Positions 32,777-44,500 of a DNA stretch of 64,000 bases are shown here, piece after piece. The stretch's first letter is position 1. Each line of letters starts with the position of its first letter. The position numbers were made by a program, and so were the translations under genes. This DNA is from Dehalococcoidia bacterium. GTDB lineage: Bacteria; Chloroflexota; Dehalococcoidia; SM23-28-2; RBG-16-64-32. The notes beneath the pieces are model-generated. The model was not told the origin of the DNA. It made no database searches and saw nothing but the letters and a program-made list of their open reading frames with translations. Location: the NCBI GenBank assembly GCA_963665775.2, contig CAXXTF010000002.1:96001-160000 (forward strand), written 5' to 3'.

Positions 32777-33005
32777 GGGCGGCCTCCAACTCGCGGGAGA
32801 GGGTGTCGGGGTCTGGCGGGTCTTCTACGTTCAACCCAATCAGCCGTTCAATCGCCTGCTTGCGGCGCGTGCGCAGGATGTCCTCATAGGCTCCGTCGAT
32901 TAGGCGGCGCACCACGGCGGAGATCGCCACTCCGTTCTCCTGCGCCAACTCCTCCAGTCGCCGCCGGTGTTCGATGTCCAGCCGTACGCCCAACCGATTC
33001 GTCAT
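32754..33005 (-). CDS. RHH/CopG-type antitoxin
   Basis: RLGVRLD..RRRLEELA..SAVVRRLI; overlaps the vapC start. Confidence 0.8.
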   Translation of the reverse strand: MTNRLGVRLDIEHRRRLEELAQENGVAISAVVRRLIDGAYEDILRTRRKQAIERLIGLNVEDPPDPDTLSRELEAAHEPGGLH

Positions 33006-33154
33006 ATCGCCCCTCTGTGCGGTGCCATTCGTACGGAGACAATTATCCGTCACCTTGGCCCCGAAGTCAACTCAGCGCGGCTCTCGCCCAAGGCAGCCCT
33101 TGGGTGCCCATATCTGATCCACTTGGCTGTGCTGCTATCTGGAGCAAGGCGACC

Positions 33155-34261
33155 TCATCGCTCGCATACCACACCGTCATTGTCGGCGTCGTTCATGTAC
33201 TCGTATGCAGGATGTCCACGGCGAACAGGGGTAATGCCATGGTTACGCGCCTCTGCGCAGGTGATGCGGCCATTCCCATTGTCATCGTACATCTCTAGTG
33301 CGTTGCTGATCTCTTCGTCTTCTTGCTCAGGTGAGGGAGTCGCTGTCGGGGTCGGGGGAGCTTCTCGCACAATCAATTCCGTGGATGTGCAGCCTGACAA
33401 GATACTCTCCAGTACGTCGCGCTCGCGCTTATCGATTGTGAGATCGTATTGTTGGCGTACCTCGACTACGCGGCTTGCGAACCAACAGCGATTCAGGTCG
33501 GGGAGCCATTCAGTTGCGTCCTTACCGCTCTTCTGCGAGCGATTAACCGCAGGACTAGCCAGGGTGAGATTGATAAGGTCGGAAGCAAACTGTCGCCTCA
33601 TTGCGGTACCCGCTGCGCAGAGGCCACTGTCGTGAGCCTCGGAGCGCGCGACGATGTGCTCAATGTCAGTTTCAGAGGTGCTATCGAACCACTTACCCGT
33701 GTATGGGCCGTAGATGATGCCACCCATGCTTGCAACGATGCGTTGCTCAACAGACTGCGAATAAGGGTAGTCGTCAGAGTCGTACGGCGAACAGCGATCC
33801 TCTGGGGCGACTACAAGCCCACGCCAGACATCCGGGCCGACTGTGGTCTCTGGCGTAGTAGTCGGGGGGCTCGAGCCGATAGGCGGACAGTCAGCCGGCA
33901 GGTTCACCGGCAGCGCCACCACATGTCGCAGGATCGCGAGGGCGTCCACGGCGTCCGCGTCCCCATCGCAATCAATATCGCCCTTGGTTGGAGTCGGGGG
34001 GCTCGAGCCGATAGGCGGACAGTCAGCCGGCAGGTTCACCGGCAGCGCCACCACATGTCGCAGGATCGCGAGGGCGTCCACGGCGTCCGCGTCCCCATCG
34101 CAATCAACATCGCCCTTGGTGTGTACAGACAGGGCGATGCTGTCTGTAGCCTCTGTTAGGGGCGTTGGGGTCGATGTCGCGACAGGGGGCGAGCCTATGG
34201 CTGCCGACACCCCAATGAGAACAATACCACCAACAATTCCTATAATCCATTTTGTACGCAT
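33155..34261 (-). CDS. Secreted protein: two dockerin-like repeats + DUF1524/HNH-like nuclease + Excalibur domain
   Basis: Signal/TM N-terminus; KGD(V/I)DCDGDADAVDALAILRHVV x2; DIEHIVARSEAHDSG, NRSQKSGKDA..WLP; ITCAEAR...DADNDGVVCE. Confidence 0.85.
   Translation of the reverse strand: MRTKWIIGIVGGIVLIGVSAAIGSPPVATSTPTPLTEATDSIALSVHTKGDVDCDGDADAVDALAILRHVVALPVNLPADCPPIGSSPPTPTKGDIDCDGDADAVDALAILRHVVALPVNLPADCPPIGSSPPTTTPETTVGPDVWRGLVVAPEDRCSPYDSDDYPYSQSVEQRIVASMGGIIYGPYTGKWFDSTSETDIEHIVARSEAHDSGLCAAGTAMRRQFASDLINLTLASPAVNRSQKSGKDATEWLPDLNRCWFASRVVEVRQQYDLTIDKRERDVLESILSGCTSTELIVREAPPTPTATPSPEQEDEEISNALEMYDDNGNGRITCAEARNHGITPVRRGHPAYEYMNDADNDGVVCER
33860..34120. repeat. Near-identical tandem duplication with 132-bp period (dockerin-like unit)
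   Basis: Direct comparison of 33860-33988 and 33992-34120. Confidence 0.95.
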
Positions 34262-34398
34262 CTTCAAAGGAACCCCCTTGTGGCAAAGGATCGGCAAACT
34301 CTACCACAAGCTGACCGGGTCCCGCTCTCGCCTCAAGGGGACATGATGCCGCCCCTAAGAGGCAAGAACCCGTCTGATGCTCTGGTAGAGTGTCTAGA

Positions 34399-34427
34399 CC
34401 CTAGCAGATGCGCTATGATTAGTCAAC
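34399..34427 (-). promoter_or_regulatory. Putative sigma70 promoter for the dockerin-nuclease gene
   Basis: TTGACT-N17-TAGGGT with TG extension. Confidence 0.4.
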
Positions 34428-34438
34428 ATACATACGTA

Positions 34439-35889
34439 TGTCGATGTGCAATGATTCTGTTCAGATAGGTAACTGGTCAGTGAGAATGTCAGTCTATGAG
34501 AGGACTGACGTTGACCCCCAGAGAGCAATCGCGACTCCAGGTGTTGCACGGCGTGATGGAGCGGGAGGGGTCGGTGGCTTTGGCGGCCGGGCTGATGGGT
34601 GTGAGCGAGCGCCACGCGTGGCGACTGCTGGCGACGTATCGAAAGGAGGGAGCAGCCGGCGTGGCTCACGGAAACCGGGGCAGAAGGCCGTCGACCGCCA
34701 CAAGCCCCCAGATGCAGGAGCAGGTGCTGGCCCTGGCCGCGGGCCGCTACGCCGGCTTCAACCACGCGCATTTGACCGAGATGCTGGCGCAGCGGGAGGG
34801 CGTCCGCCTGTCCCGCTCCACCGTGCGGCGGATCCTGCTGGCCGGGGGCGTCCGCAGTCCCCGCCGCCGCCGAGCGCGCAAGCGCTATCTGCGCCGGGAG
34901 CGCTACCCCCGGGAGGGCATGCTGCTGCAGATTGATGGGAGCCGGCACGACTGGCTGGAGGGTCGCGGACCCCGCCTGACGCTCATCGGGGCCGTGGACG
35001 ACGCCACCGGGACGGTCCCCTTCGCCTTGTTCCGCGAGCAGGAGGACGCCCACGGCTACTTGCTCATGCTCAAGGAGATCATCGGCCGCCGCGGCGTGCC
35101 GCTGGCGCTCTACAGCGACCGGCATAGCATCTTCCAGCGCTCGCCCCGGGAGCCCGAGAGCTTGGCCGAGCAGCTGCGGGGCCGGCGCGACCCCACGCAG
35201 TTCGCCCGGGCCCTCGGTGAGCTGGGCATCGAGCTCATCCTGGCCCATACGCCCCAGGCCAAAGGCCGAGTGGAGCGCGCCTGGGACACTTTCCAGGACC
35301 GCCTGGTCTCCGAGATGCGCCTCGCGGGCGCGGCGACCATCGAGGAAGCCAACGGGATCCTCGGGGACTTCCTGACCCGATACGATCAGCAGTTCGGCGT
35401 GGCGCCGGCTCAGCCGGGACCGGCCTATCGCCCACTGCCGCCGGGCGTCTCCCTTGATGCGGTCCTCTGCTTCAAGTACCGGCGCACCGTGGCCAACGAC
35501 AACACCGTCCACTTCAACGGCGCCGCGCTGCAGGTGCTCCCCGATGGCCTCCGGGCCAGCTACGCCCGGGCCCGCGTAGAAGTCCACGAGCGGCTGGACG
35601 GCAGCATCGTGGTCCTCCACCAGGGCAGGACCGTCGCCACGGAGCCGGCCCCCGCCGGGCCGGTCGTGCTCAGGGCCCGCAACGGGCGGCGCTCCAACGG
35701 GCAACGACCGACCGCCTCGCCGGCTTGCCCGGCCAGCGACGGTCATGGCGCACCGACAACCGCTCCCCGCCCTCTGGCGAAGACCCATGCCCCGACCACC
35801 ACCAAGCCAGCGCCCCATCACCCCTGAAGAAGAGCGCTACTGACATAGTCATTGAACAACTACCCTGACAGAATCGCTGGACAACGACA
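34439..35889 (+). mobile_element. IS1202/ISNCY-type element; transposase 34496-35827
   Basis: IRs TGTCGATGTGCAATGATTCTGT / TGTCGTTGTCCAGCGATTCTGT; LQIDGSRHDW, YSDRHSIF, AKGRVER; terminal HP*RR (normally HPWRR). Confidence 0.92.
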
Positions 35890-36007
35890 GTCTGGTGGAC
35901 CTAAGTGTACTGTAAAGGTATGGAGAAACAGGTGAAGGAAATTAGTTCGCGAACCTAACTGGCCTGCTATCATGTCGGGAAACTCTCAAGAACACTGAGG
36001 TCTCAGA

Positions 36008-37156
36008 TTGTCCAGATACGCATCATCTTCGAGGAAACTAAACCCATACGCAAATCTTGTCGTGGCGGCGATGGTCTCTGCGGTCCTGTTTCTTATCGTT
36101 GCTTCGTGTGGCGGGTCTGAAGTAGAGGTGTTCCGCATAGGAGCGGTCCACCCCTTGACCGGTGACGGCGCCGCTTATGGACTCCCCGTGCAGCGCGTCA
36201 TAGAGCGGGCGGTGAGCGATATCAACGAAGAGTGGGCAGATCAAGACAAGAGATTGGAGGTTGTCTTTGAGGATGGGAAGTGCAACTCCGACGATGCCCT
36301 TGCCGCAGCGCGCAAACTGGTAGAAGAGGACGACGTAAGGGTCATATACGGCGGCACATGCTCCGACGAAACTCTCGGCATGGCGGCTTACGCCGAGGAG
36401 AACCGTGTGCTGTTGCTCAGTCCACTCTCCGGCAGCGACGCGATATCCGTCGCCGGCGACTACGTCTTCAGGAACTATCCCTCCAACTCCGCCCAAGTGG
36501 ACGCCATGATCGCATTCCTGCAACCGAGGGGCTACCGGAAGTTTGCTCTACTGACGACAAAAACGGAATACGCCCAGGACCTGCGCCGCTCGTATCTGGA
36601 GGACCTACCGGGTATCGGAGGAGAGATAGTGGCCGACGAGGTGGTAGCGGACGACGCCACGAACGTCGATGCCGAGGCCGGGAGAATAGCAGCCGCGCTG
36701 CCCGATGCCGTCATCATCCTTCCGCAGACTATCCCGGCCGCAGGCCTATACGCAGCCGCGCTGCACAACGCCGGTGTGACTGCTCAGGGCATTGGGAACG
36801 ACGTCGCAGGCGTCCCCGAGACGATAGCCGAGTACGGAGAGTTCATGAAGGGGTACTACCTACCTGCCGGCACCTTTAAGAGCGAGGGAGAGGCCAAATT
36901 CGTCGCCTTGCAGGACGAAACGGACTGCGACGTAGGGTACTACTGTGCTACTACCTACGATGGTGTTTTCCTGCTGAGAGACGCCATCGAGCGTTGTGGA
37001 GACAAGGATACAAACTGCATAAAGGACTTCCTCTACGAGACGCAGAAGTGGGAAGGTAGGTTCTACGGGTCTATCTCCTTTGACGAAAACGGCGATATCT
37101 CTGGTTCGTTCAGGATCAATCAAGTGGAGGGTGGTGCGGCCGTACCGGCTGATTGA
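36008..37156 (+). CDS. Branched-chain amino acid ABC substrate-binding lipoprotein (LivK-like), orphan
   Basis: Lipobox VASC; IGAVHPLTGDGAAYG, EDGKC, YVFRNYPSN. Confidence 0.9.
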   Translation: MSRYASSSRKLNPYANLVVAAMVSAVLFLIVASCGGSEVEVFRIGAVHPLTGDGAAYGLPVQRVIERAVSDINEEWADQDKRLEVVFEDGKCNSDDALAAARKLVEEDDVRVIYGGTCSDETLGMAAYAEENRVLLLSPLSGSDAISVAGDYVFRNYPSNSAQVDAMIAFLQPRGYRKFALLTTKTEYAQDLRRSYLEDLPGIGGEIVADEVVADDATNVDAEAGRIAAALPDAVIILPQTIPAAGLYAAALHNAGVTAQGIGNDVAGVPETIAEYGEFMKGYYLPAGTFKSEGEAKFVALQDETDCDVGYYCATTYDGVFLLRDAIERCGDKDTNCIKDFLYETQKWEGRFYGSISFDENGDISGSFRINQVEGGAAVPAD

Positions 37157-37562
37157 CGACGTGTGCGTCACCGCCTCCTGGGCGACCCGGACGGGCTAAT
37201 GGGAGAACAGACTTCGCCAATCCCCGGCCCGCAATGTTACCTATGGGGCCATAATCCCTAACCCTGACTGAACCGGGCCTGGAGATCCTCCATTACGATC
37301 GAGACTCGACGTAACTTTCTAAGTATACTCGAAGTTTTCGTAGGCGTCAGATACGTGACGAGTGCCATCAGGAGTTCCCGCTCAGCTGCCCCATAAGAGG
37401 CTGACCAGTTCCTCCAAGGTCCCCACGCCCTGCATCTGAGAATGAGGCGGGCAGTATACGCAACTTCCGCGATCCGCTGGGGTAACCATCACCCAGCATC
37501 TTTCACGGGGACTCGTTTCTGTCAATGTCGGTCCCGGCGCTAGCACCGAGGTACCCTGAGAA

Positions 37563-38036
37563 GGTGTGTAAACGGTCAGGCGGTGTACCCTCTCTCTGAA
37601 CAAGACGGGCTCAAGGCCCAAGAGAGGAGATACACCGCCGATGGGAAAGAGAAGCACTGGGAGCAGGTCGGAGTCAAGGCCGGAGTGGGAGCAGTAGGAG
37701 GATTGGGTGCGAGGCCAACTCCAGAGGCTGATCCAAGAGCTGCTGGAGGAAGAGATGACGGAATTCCTGGGAAGGGCCAGGTCGGCCCGCAGGTCTGACA
37801 GGGACAACGACGCTGGCTACCAGAACGGATACGCACCGCCCCGAAAGCTGACGCTGAGTTCGGGAACGATACAGCTGAGGAGGCCACGAGTCCGCAACAC
37901 CGAAGAGGAGTTCGAGAGCCGGCTGCTGCCGCTGTTCGTCAACAGGACCAGGAAGGTTGCTGAACTGATCTCCGAGTTGTACCTGCATGGCCTTTCCGAA
38001 GGTGACTTCGACCTGGCGGTGCGGGGACTGCTGGGA
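37563..38036 (+). mobile_element. IS256-family left end and transposase N-terminal fragment
   Basis: ATG 37641, in-frame TAG 37695, QNGYAPPRKLTL, LYLHGLSEGDF; truncated. Confidence 0.8.
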
Positions 38037-38415
38037 GCAGCCGGAGACGGCACCGGCGACAGAGACCCCGAGCGTGGCCAAGAGCCTCCACGAGGCGCGG
38101 CGGCTCAGGCAGGCGGGGGACGTGGACGGGGCGCTGGCGGTCCTCGCCGGCACGGACACAAAGAAGGCTGAGCCGCACCAGGCTCGGTGGGCCTTCTCCG
38201 AGTGGACGGACCTGGTCAAGCGGCGGTTCGGGGACCGGGACGTCCTGGTCTACAGCCAGGGCGCGGGACAGGCCGCAGCCCTGGTGCCCACCGGAAACGG
38301 CGGGACGCTGGAGGTCGCGGCGGTCCTGGGGATGCGCTGGCCGCCCGGCAAGGTCGTCTCGGAGCGCAGCCTCCGGGGGCTGAGGCCCTTGGCGAAGGCT
38401 TGCCCTCGGGCCTGA
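38037..38415 (+). pseudogene. C-terminal part of a hypothetical protein
   Basis: Protein-like frame (SVAKSLHEARRLRQAGDVDGALAVL...) fused to the IS256 fragment. Confidence 0.5.
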
Positions 38416-38696
38416 CCGGAGAGTGGTCCTGCGCTGGCGTAGCCCAAGCAACGGTTGACGACTCGTGAGGCAAACGGGGCGCTTCAGTGCCCTGCTTGGT
38501 CCCTGCGGCGCCGCCTTCTTGCGACTGCTTGCACCCGCGCTCCGTTCCGCCAGGCAGCACCCGGCACGAGGGTCACTGCCTCCTCCGCCCGCTCCTCTGC
38601 GGGCTTCCATCCCTCTTCCCCCAACCCCACACGCATCGCACAGGTCTTCTCCCCGGCTCCGGCCAGGGGTGGGACCTGTGCCCGATGCACGACGGA

Positions 38697-38720
38697 GCCT
38701 GCCCCGGACTTGATTCCGGG
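38697..38720. repeat. 24-nt REP-like unit GCCTGCCCCGGACTTGATTCCGGG
   Basis: Small hairpin (CCCGGA..TCCGGG); shares the GCCTGYCC start with 11299-11321. Confidence 0.5.
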
Positions 38721-38751
38721 ATGCCGCACCGGCCATTCGCCACGGCAACAA

Positions 38752-38823
38752 CGCCCCCTTGTCGGAGACAGTCCCGACCATCGGGACACGGATTCGAGCG
38801 GGACTGTCTCCGACAAGGGGGCG
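38752..38823. repeat. Perfect 25-bp inverted repeat with 22-nt loop
   Basis: CGCCCCCTTGTCGGAGACAGTCCCG (38752-38776) / reverse complement (38799-38823). Confidence 0.95.
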
Positions 38824-38858
38824 GTCCCGCTTCTTCATTACAGCAACTGTCTTGAGAG

Positions 38859-39822
<964 letters not shown>

Positions 39823-39837
39823 GAGCACCTCCTGCGA

Positions 39838-40002
39838 ATTACTGGCCCGTCCTTGCGAGATGCGGGCTTGGTTGGCCCAGGCAACTGTTCGGGCTCCATT
39901 CGGGATGGGCGCGGCGACCCTCGCTGTAATGCGGTCTTCCAAGACCAGGGAGGAAACGGTCTGCCGCGCCCCGATCCGACTTTGAAGTGATTGTCCCATA
40001 CC
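39838..40002 (-). ncRNA. IS110 bridge RNA (target- and donor-binding loops)
   Basis: Two stem/internal-loop/hairpin units whose loop segments match the flanks (TTCCTCC; CATTACAG) and the donor (ACAGTTGC; CAAG); ends approximate. Confidence 0.85.
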
Positions 40003-40029
40003 AAAACCAAGATACAAGGAGGAAGCGAC

Positions 40030-41145
40030 ATGACGACTACGAGCATTGACAGGCACGTCCCCGCACCAGGCAATGGACAGGCTCCGGAGATAGGGGCCGA
40101 GGCGGTTGGATCCGGATCGAGCACAGACAAGCCCGAAACCGAGCTCAGGGCTGCGGCGAGAAGACGCGGGCTCACGATGAAGGAGCTTGCGGCCATGATG
40201 GGCGTGTCCGCGGGATACCTGTCGCAGATTGCGAACGGGCGCCGTCCGTGGACTCCGAAGATGCGGGAGAAGGCCGTGGCGGTGCTGGGAGAGGTCCCCG
40301 GGCAGGGGATCGTCTACCGCCAGGGCGGCGTGGTTACCGGGGAGAGCAGCTTCATCAGGGAGCGCGCCCGCACGATGGGCATGACCATGCAGGACCTGGC
40401 CGACCGCGTTGGGGTGTCCTACAGCTACGTGACGCAGGTGGCCCGGGGCCGCCAGAGCATGGGCGTGAAGGTCCAGGCGCGGATCGAGTCGGCGTTGCAG
40501 GCCCCGGCGAAGGTTGCGCCCGCGCAGTGCGCCAACCGCCAGGGATGCGTGGTGAGCGGCGAGAGCAGCTACATCAGGGAGCGGGCCAGGGAGCTGGGCC
40601 TGAGCCTGCGGGACCTGGCTGACCGCGTGGGCGTCTCCTACAGCTACATGTCGCAGGTGGCGCGGGGTCATAGCAACATGGGCGTGAAGGTCCAGGCCAG
40701 GATGGAGTCGGCGCTGGAGGCCCCGGTGAAGGTCGCGCCCGCGCAGCCTGCCTGCATCGACCGCGAGGCCGTGTGGGACCGGATGAACGCCCACGGTTTC
40801 AGCCAGAACGAGGTTGCACGGCGCGCCGGCATCAGCTCCGCTAACCTCTCCCAGATAATGAACGGCAGGAACAACCCGTCGCCGGTCGTTCTCAGGAAGC
40901 TGCACGGGGTTTTGTTCCAGCCGACGAAGGCGGAGCGGGTCATGCCCGCGGCGCCGGTGGGCCTGGGCGCGGCGCCAGATCCGGCAGGGGGCGCCGTAAG
41001 GGTCGGTGGCCATGTGCCCTGGGGCGCGAAAGCCGAATTCGCGTACCGTGCGGGGTATGACGGCACGGGCCGGGTGTCGGTGACCCACGTCGTCGAGAGG
41101 GGCTACTCCGCCATGTTGAAGCAACGGGAGCCGGTTGCGGCCTGA
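40030..41145 (+). CDS. Multi-HTH (four XRE/Cro units) DNA-binding protein
   Basis: AGGAGG RBS; four units such as LTMKELAAMMGVSAGYLSQI; units 2 and 3 recently duplicated. Confidence 0.88.
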   Translation: MTTTSIDRHVPAPGNGQAPEIGAEAVGSGSSTDKPETELRAAARRRGLTMKELAAMMGVSAGYLSQIANGRRPWTPKMREKAVAVLGEVPGQGIVYRQGGVVTGESSFIRERARTMGMTMQDLADRVGVSYSYVTQVARGRQSMGVKVQARIESALQAPAKVAPAQCANRQGCVVSGESSYIRERARELGLSLRDLADRVGVSYSYMSQVARGHSNMGVKVQARMESALEAPVKVAPAQPACIDREAVWDRMNAHGFSQNEVARRAGISSANLSQIMNGRNNPSPVVLRKLHGVLFQPTKAERVMPAAPVGLGAAPDPAGGAVRVGGHVPWGAKAEFAYRAGYDGTGRVSVTHVVERGYSAMLKQREPVAA

Positions 41146-41360
41146 GGGCGGATATTGGGGCAACGGAGCCGACAGCCTGCCCCTACTGGACACGGGCGGT
41201 ATCGGAGACTTCGCCGTGTCCGCCATCGCCGGCCTGACCAAGGCGCGAGATACGAGGTGCGCATGGCCGTCACCAGCAGCCAGGGCCGAGGTCCTTGCTC
41301 TGGAACCAAAGACCGCCACGGTAACCCGGCGAGTAGGCCCCAGATTCCCCGGCGAACCTC

Positions 41361-41390
41361 TTGACAACGGCGATTCTCATATTATATATT
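41361..41390 (+). promoter_or_regulatory. Putative sigma70 promoter upstream of the adhesin locus
   Basis: TTGACA followed 16-18 nt later by TATATATT. Confidence 0.45.
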
Positions 41391-41536
41391 CGTCCCTAGC
41401 GTAAACTGTATAAGGAGCATCGTAGTGTCACGCGGCCTTCACGAGAAGGTGCAGGGCGCGACGTGATGTACCTGCTTGATAGCACTGGATTGGGACGGAA
41501 TGAACAGAGTCCAGCAAAGGAAGGTATAAGTAAGCA

Positions 41537-44500
41537 ATGAGACATGAGTCCGCCGCTTCCGGCCACGCCCACGAAGGTTCCGTTACTCCGCCGCGCATGA
41601 CTGCGCGCATCTCACTCCCCCCCCGCCCCGCCACATATAGTAGTGCGCAACCGGTTCAGCCACTAGGAGGCCTTCTCCGAAGCGTCCTGGCAAGGGCTGG
41701 TTCACCGCAGGCCCTCCCCCCCTAACTCCAACAACCCCCCTTCCAACCGTTCTTCCTCTTCCCTCCCGATAAGCGCGAGCCGCGCTCTCGAGGCGGCTTG
41801 GCGGTTGTCGCGGCCTTGGCCGTCGGGTTGCTGTTCCTGCTGTCCGGCGGACTGGTCTTGGCGCAGGAGACCATCGAATACGCCGAGAAGGGGAACGGGC
41901 CCGGTAGCGACGTTCACGGCGGAGGACCCGGAGGGGGCATCCATCCAGTGGTCTCTGGGTGGTGTCGACGCCGGCGACTTCACGATCGAGAACGGCGTGC
42001 TTCGCTTCAAGGCGTCCCCCGACTTCGAGAACCCCAAGGGGGGCGGCACGGCGGGCACTTCCAACACCTACACCGTGGAGGTGAAGGCCACCGACGAGAC
42101 GATGAAGGTGGGCACGGAGGCCGTGACGGTCGAGGTGACCAACGTGAACGAGGACGGCACGGTGACCCTGTCGGCACGGCGGCCCCAGACCGACACTGCC
42201 TTCACCGCCGAGGTCACCGACCCCGACGGCGGCGTTGGCCGACGACAAAGTGGCAGTGGGCCAAGGCCAGTTCAAAGAACGGCTCCTACGGAGACATCGA
42301 AGACGCCAACTCGGAGCTCTACACCCCGAAAGATGCCGACGCCGGCTCCTACCTGCGGGCCACGGTCACCTACGAGGACGCGGAGGGCGAGGGCAAGTCG
42401 GCGATGATGGAGTCCGAGTTCCCGTCGCAGCGGATCACGGGAAGTAACAAACCCCCCAAGTTCGCCGACGACCAGGACCTGGTCACGCCCGAGATCCAAA
42501 ACAATGCCGCGCGGACGGTGGCGGAGAACACCTCGGCCGGCAAGACCGTCGGCTCCCCGGTTGTGGCCACGGACGAGAACGGCGACACGCTGACCTACAC
42601 GTTGACGGATGCTGACGGCGGCACGGACGGGGACTCGGCGTCGTTCTCCATCGACTGGGGACGGGGCCAGATAATGACCAAGGGGCTCTGAACCCACGAG
42701 ACCAAGAGCCAGCTACACCGTCACGGTGCGGGCCACGGACCCGAGGGGCATCCCCCGGGGCAGAAATCCGCCGTCATCACCAACAGCGACACCGTAACGG
42801 TGGAGATCACCGTCACCGACGTGAACGAAGCGCCGGCGGTGATGGGAGTCGCCGCGGAGGACTTCAACGAGTCGACGGGCAACATCGACACCGCGCTGGA
42901 CACCTACGAGGCGGTCGACGACCGGTGATGGCGAGTCGCCCGGCTTCCACCTGGTCTGTGGACGGCGCCGACGGGAGCAAGTTCACCGCCGTGGACGGCC
43001 AGCTCAAGTTCAAGAAGAAGCCCGACTACGAGAAGCCCACCGACGCCAACAAGGACAACGTGTACGAGGTGACGGTGCAGGCCTCCGACGGCAAGAAGAC
43101 CGGCATGATAAAGGTGATGGTCTCCGTCACCAATGCCGACGAAGACGGGGTGGTGACCCTGTCCAAGGTGCAGCCGGTGGTCGGCATCCCGGTGAAGGCC
43201 ACGCTGACCGACCCCGACGGCAGCATATCCAAAGCTCACCTGGCAGTGGTCGAGAACGCGACACCGACATCGTCAGACGCCAACTCGGACACCTACACGC
43301 CGGTTGACGTCCGACGTGGAAGACACCCTGACGGCGACGGCGAGTTACTTCGACGGAGAGAGAGCCGATGGCGTTAAAGAAGACCGCGTTCGCGGCCGCG
43401 GATATCAAAGCCGTGGAGCGGGACACCCGCAACAAGCCGCCGGTGTTCGGCGACGAGGACCCGGACACGGCGGGCGTGCAGAACGCCACGGCCACCAGGA
43501 AGGTGGAGGAGAATTACCGCGGCCGACGCCTCTGACGACAGCGCCGCCGACGACGCCGGGGACAACGTGGGCGAAGAGGTCATGGCCACCGACACCAAGG
43601 CCGCCGGCACCGCCGAAACGCTGACCTACAGCCTGGGAGGGGCCGACGCGGCCAAGTTCATTGGGTGCGGGACAACGGCCAGATCGAGGTGGCCGCCGGC
43701 ACGATGCTGGACTACGAGACCAAGAACACCTACAGGGTGACGGTGATGGCCGAGGACCCCCTCGGCGCCTCTGCCTCCATCATGGTCACCATCACGGTCA
43801 CCGACCTGGATGAAATGCCGGACGTGTCCGGGGACGCAAAGGTGGACTATCCCGAGAAGGGCACGCGCCCGGTAGAGGACGTACAGGGCGAAGGACCCGG
43901 AGGGGGCATCCGTCCAGTGGTCTCTGGGTGGTGTCGACGCCGGCGACTTCACGATCGAGAACGGCGTGCTTCGCTTCAAGGCGTCCCCCGACTTCGAGAA
44001 CCCCAAGGGCGGCGGCACGGCCGGCACTTCCAACACCTACACCGTGGAGGTGCAAGGCCACCCGGTGGCGGCAAGCGACGCTAACGTGAACGACGGCCCT
44101 GACCTACGCCCTGCGCGGGACCGATGCCGACGACGGCTGGTCGACCATAGACTCGGCACACGGGCCAGCTGATGACCCTGGACGGCCTTGGACTATCGAT
44201 GACCACGGCCACCTACTCCGTCACGAAAGATGCCGACGCCAGGCAACTCCTACCTGCGGGCCACGGTGCGAGGACGCGGAGGGCTCAAGTCGGCGATGAT
44301 GAAGTCCGAGTTCCCGTCGCAGCGGATCACGGGAGATAACAAACCGCCCAAGTTCCGCCGACGACCAGGACCTGGTCACGCCCGAGATCCAAAACAATGC
44401 CGCGCGACGGTGGCGGAGACCTCGGCCGGCATCACCGTCGGCTCCCCGGTTGTGGCCACGGACGAGAACGGCGACGCGACGTTGACGAGTGCTGACGGCG

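Noticed and set aside
34421-34448. XerD-arm-like AGTCAACATAC beside the IS1202-type element
   Set aside because: No XerC arm, geometry unlike xrs-targeting IS1202 insertions, and it is explained as the -35 box of a minus-strand promoter.
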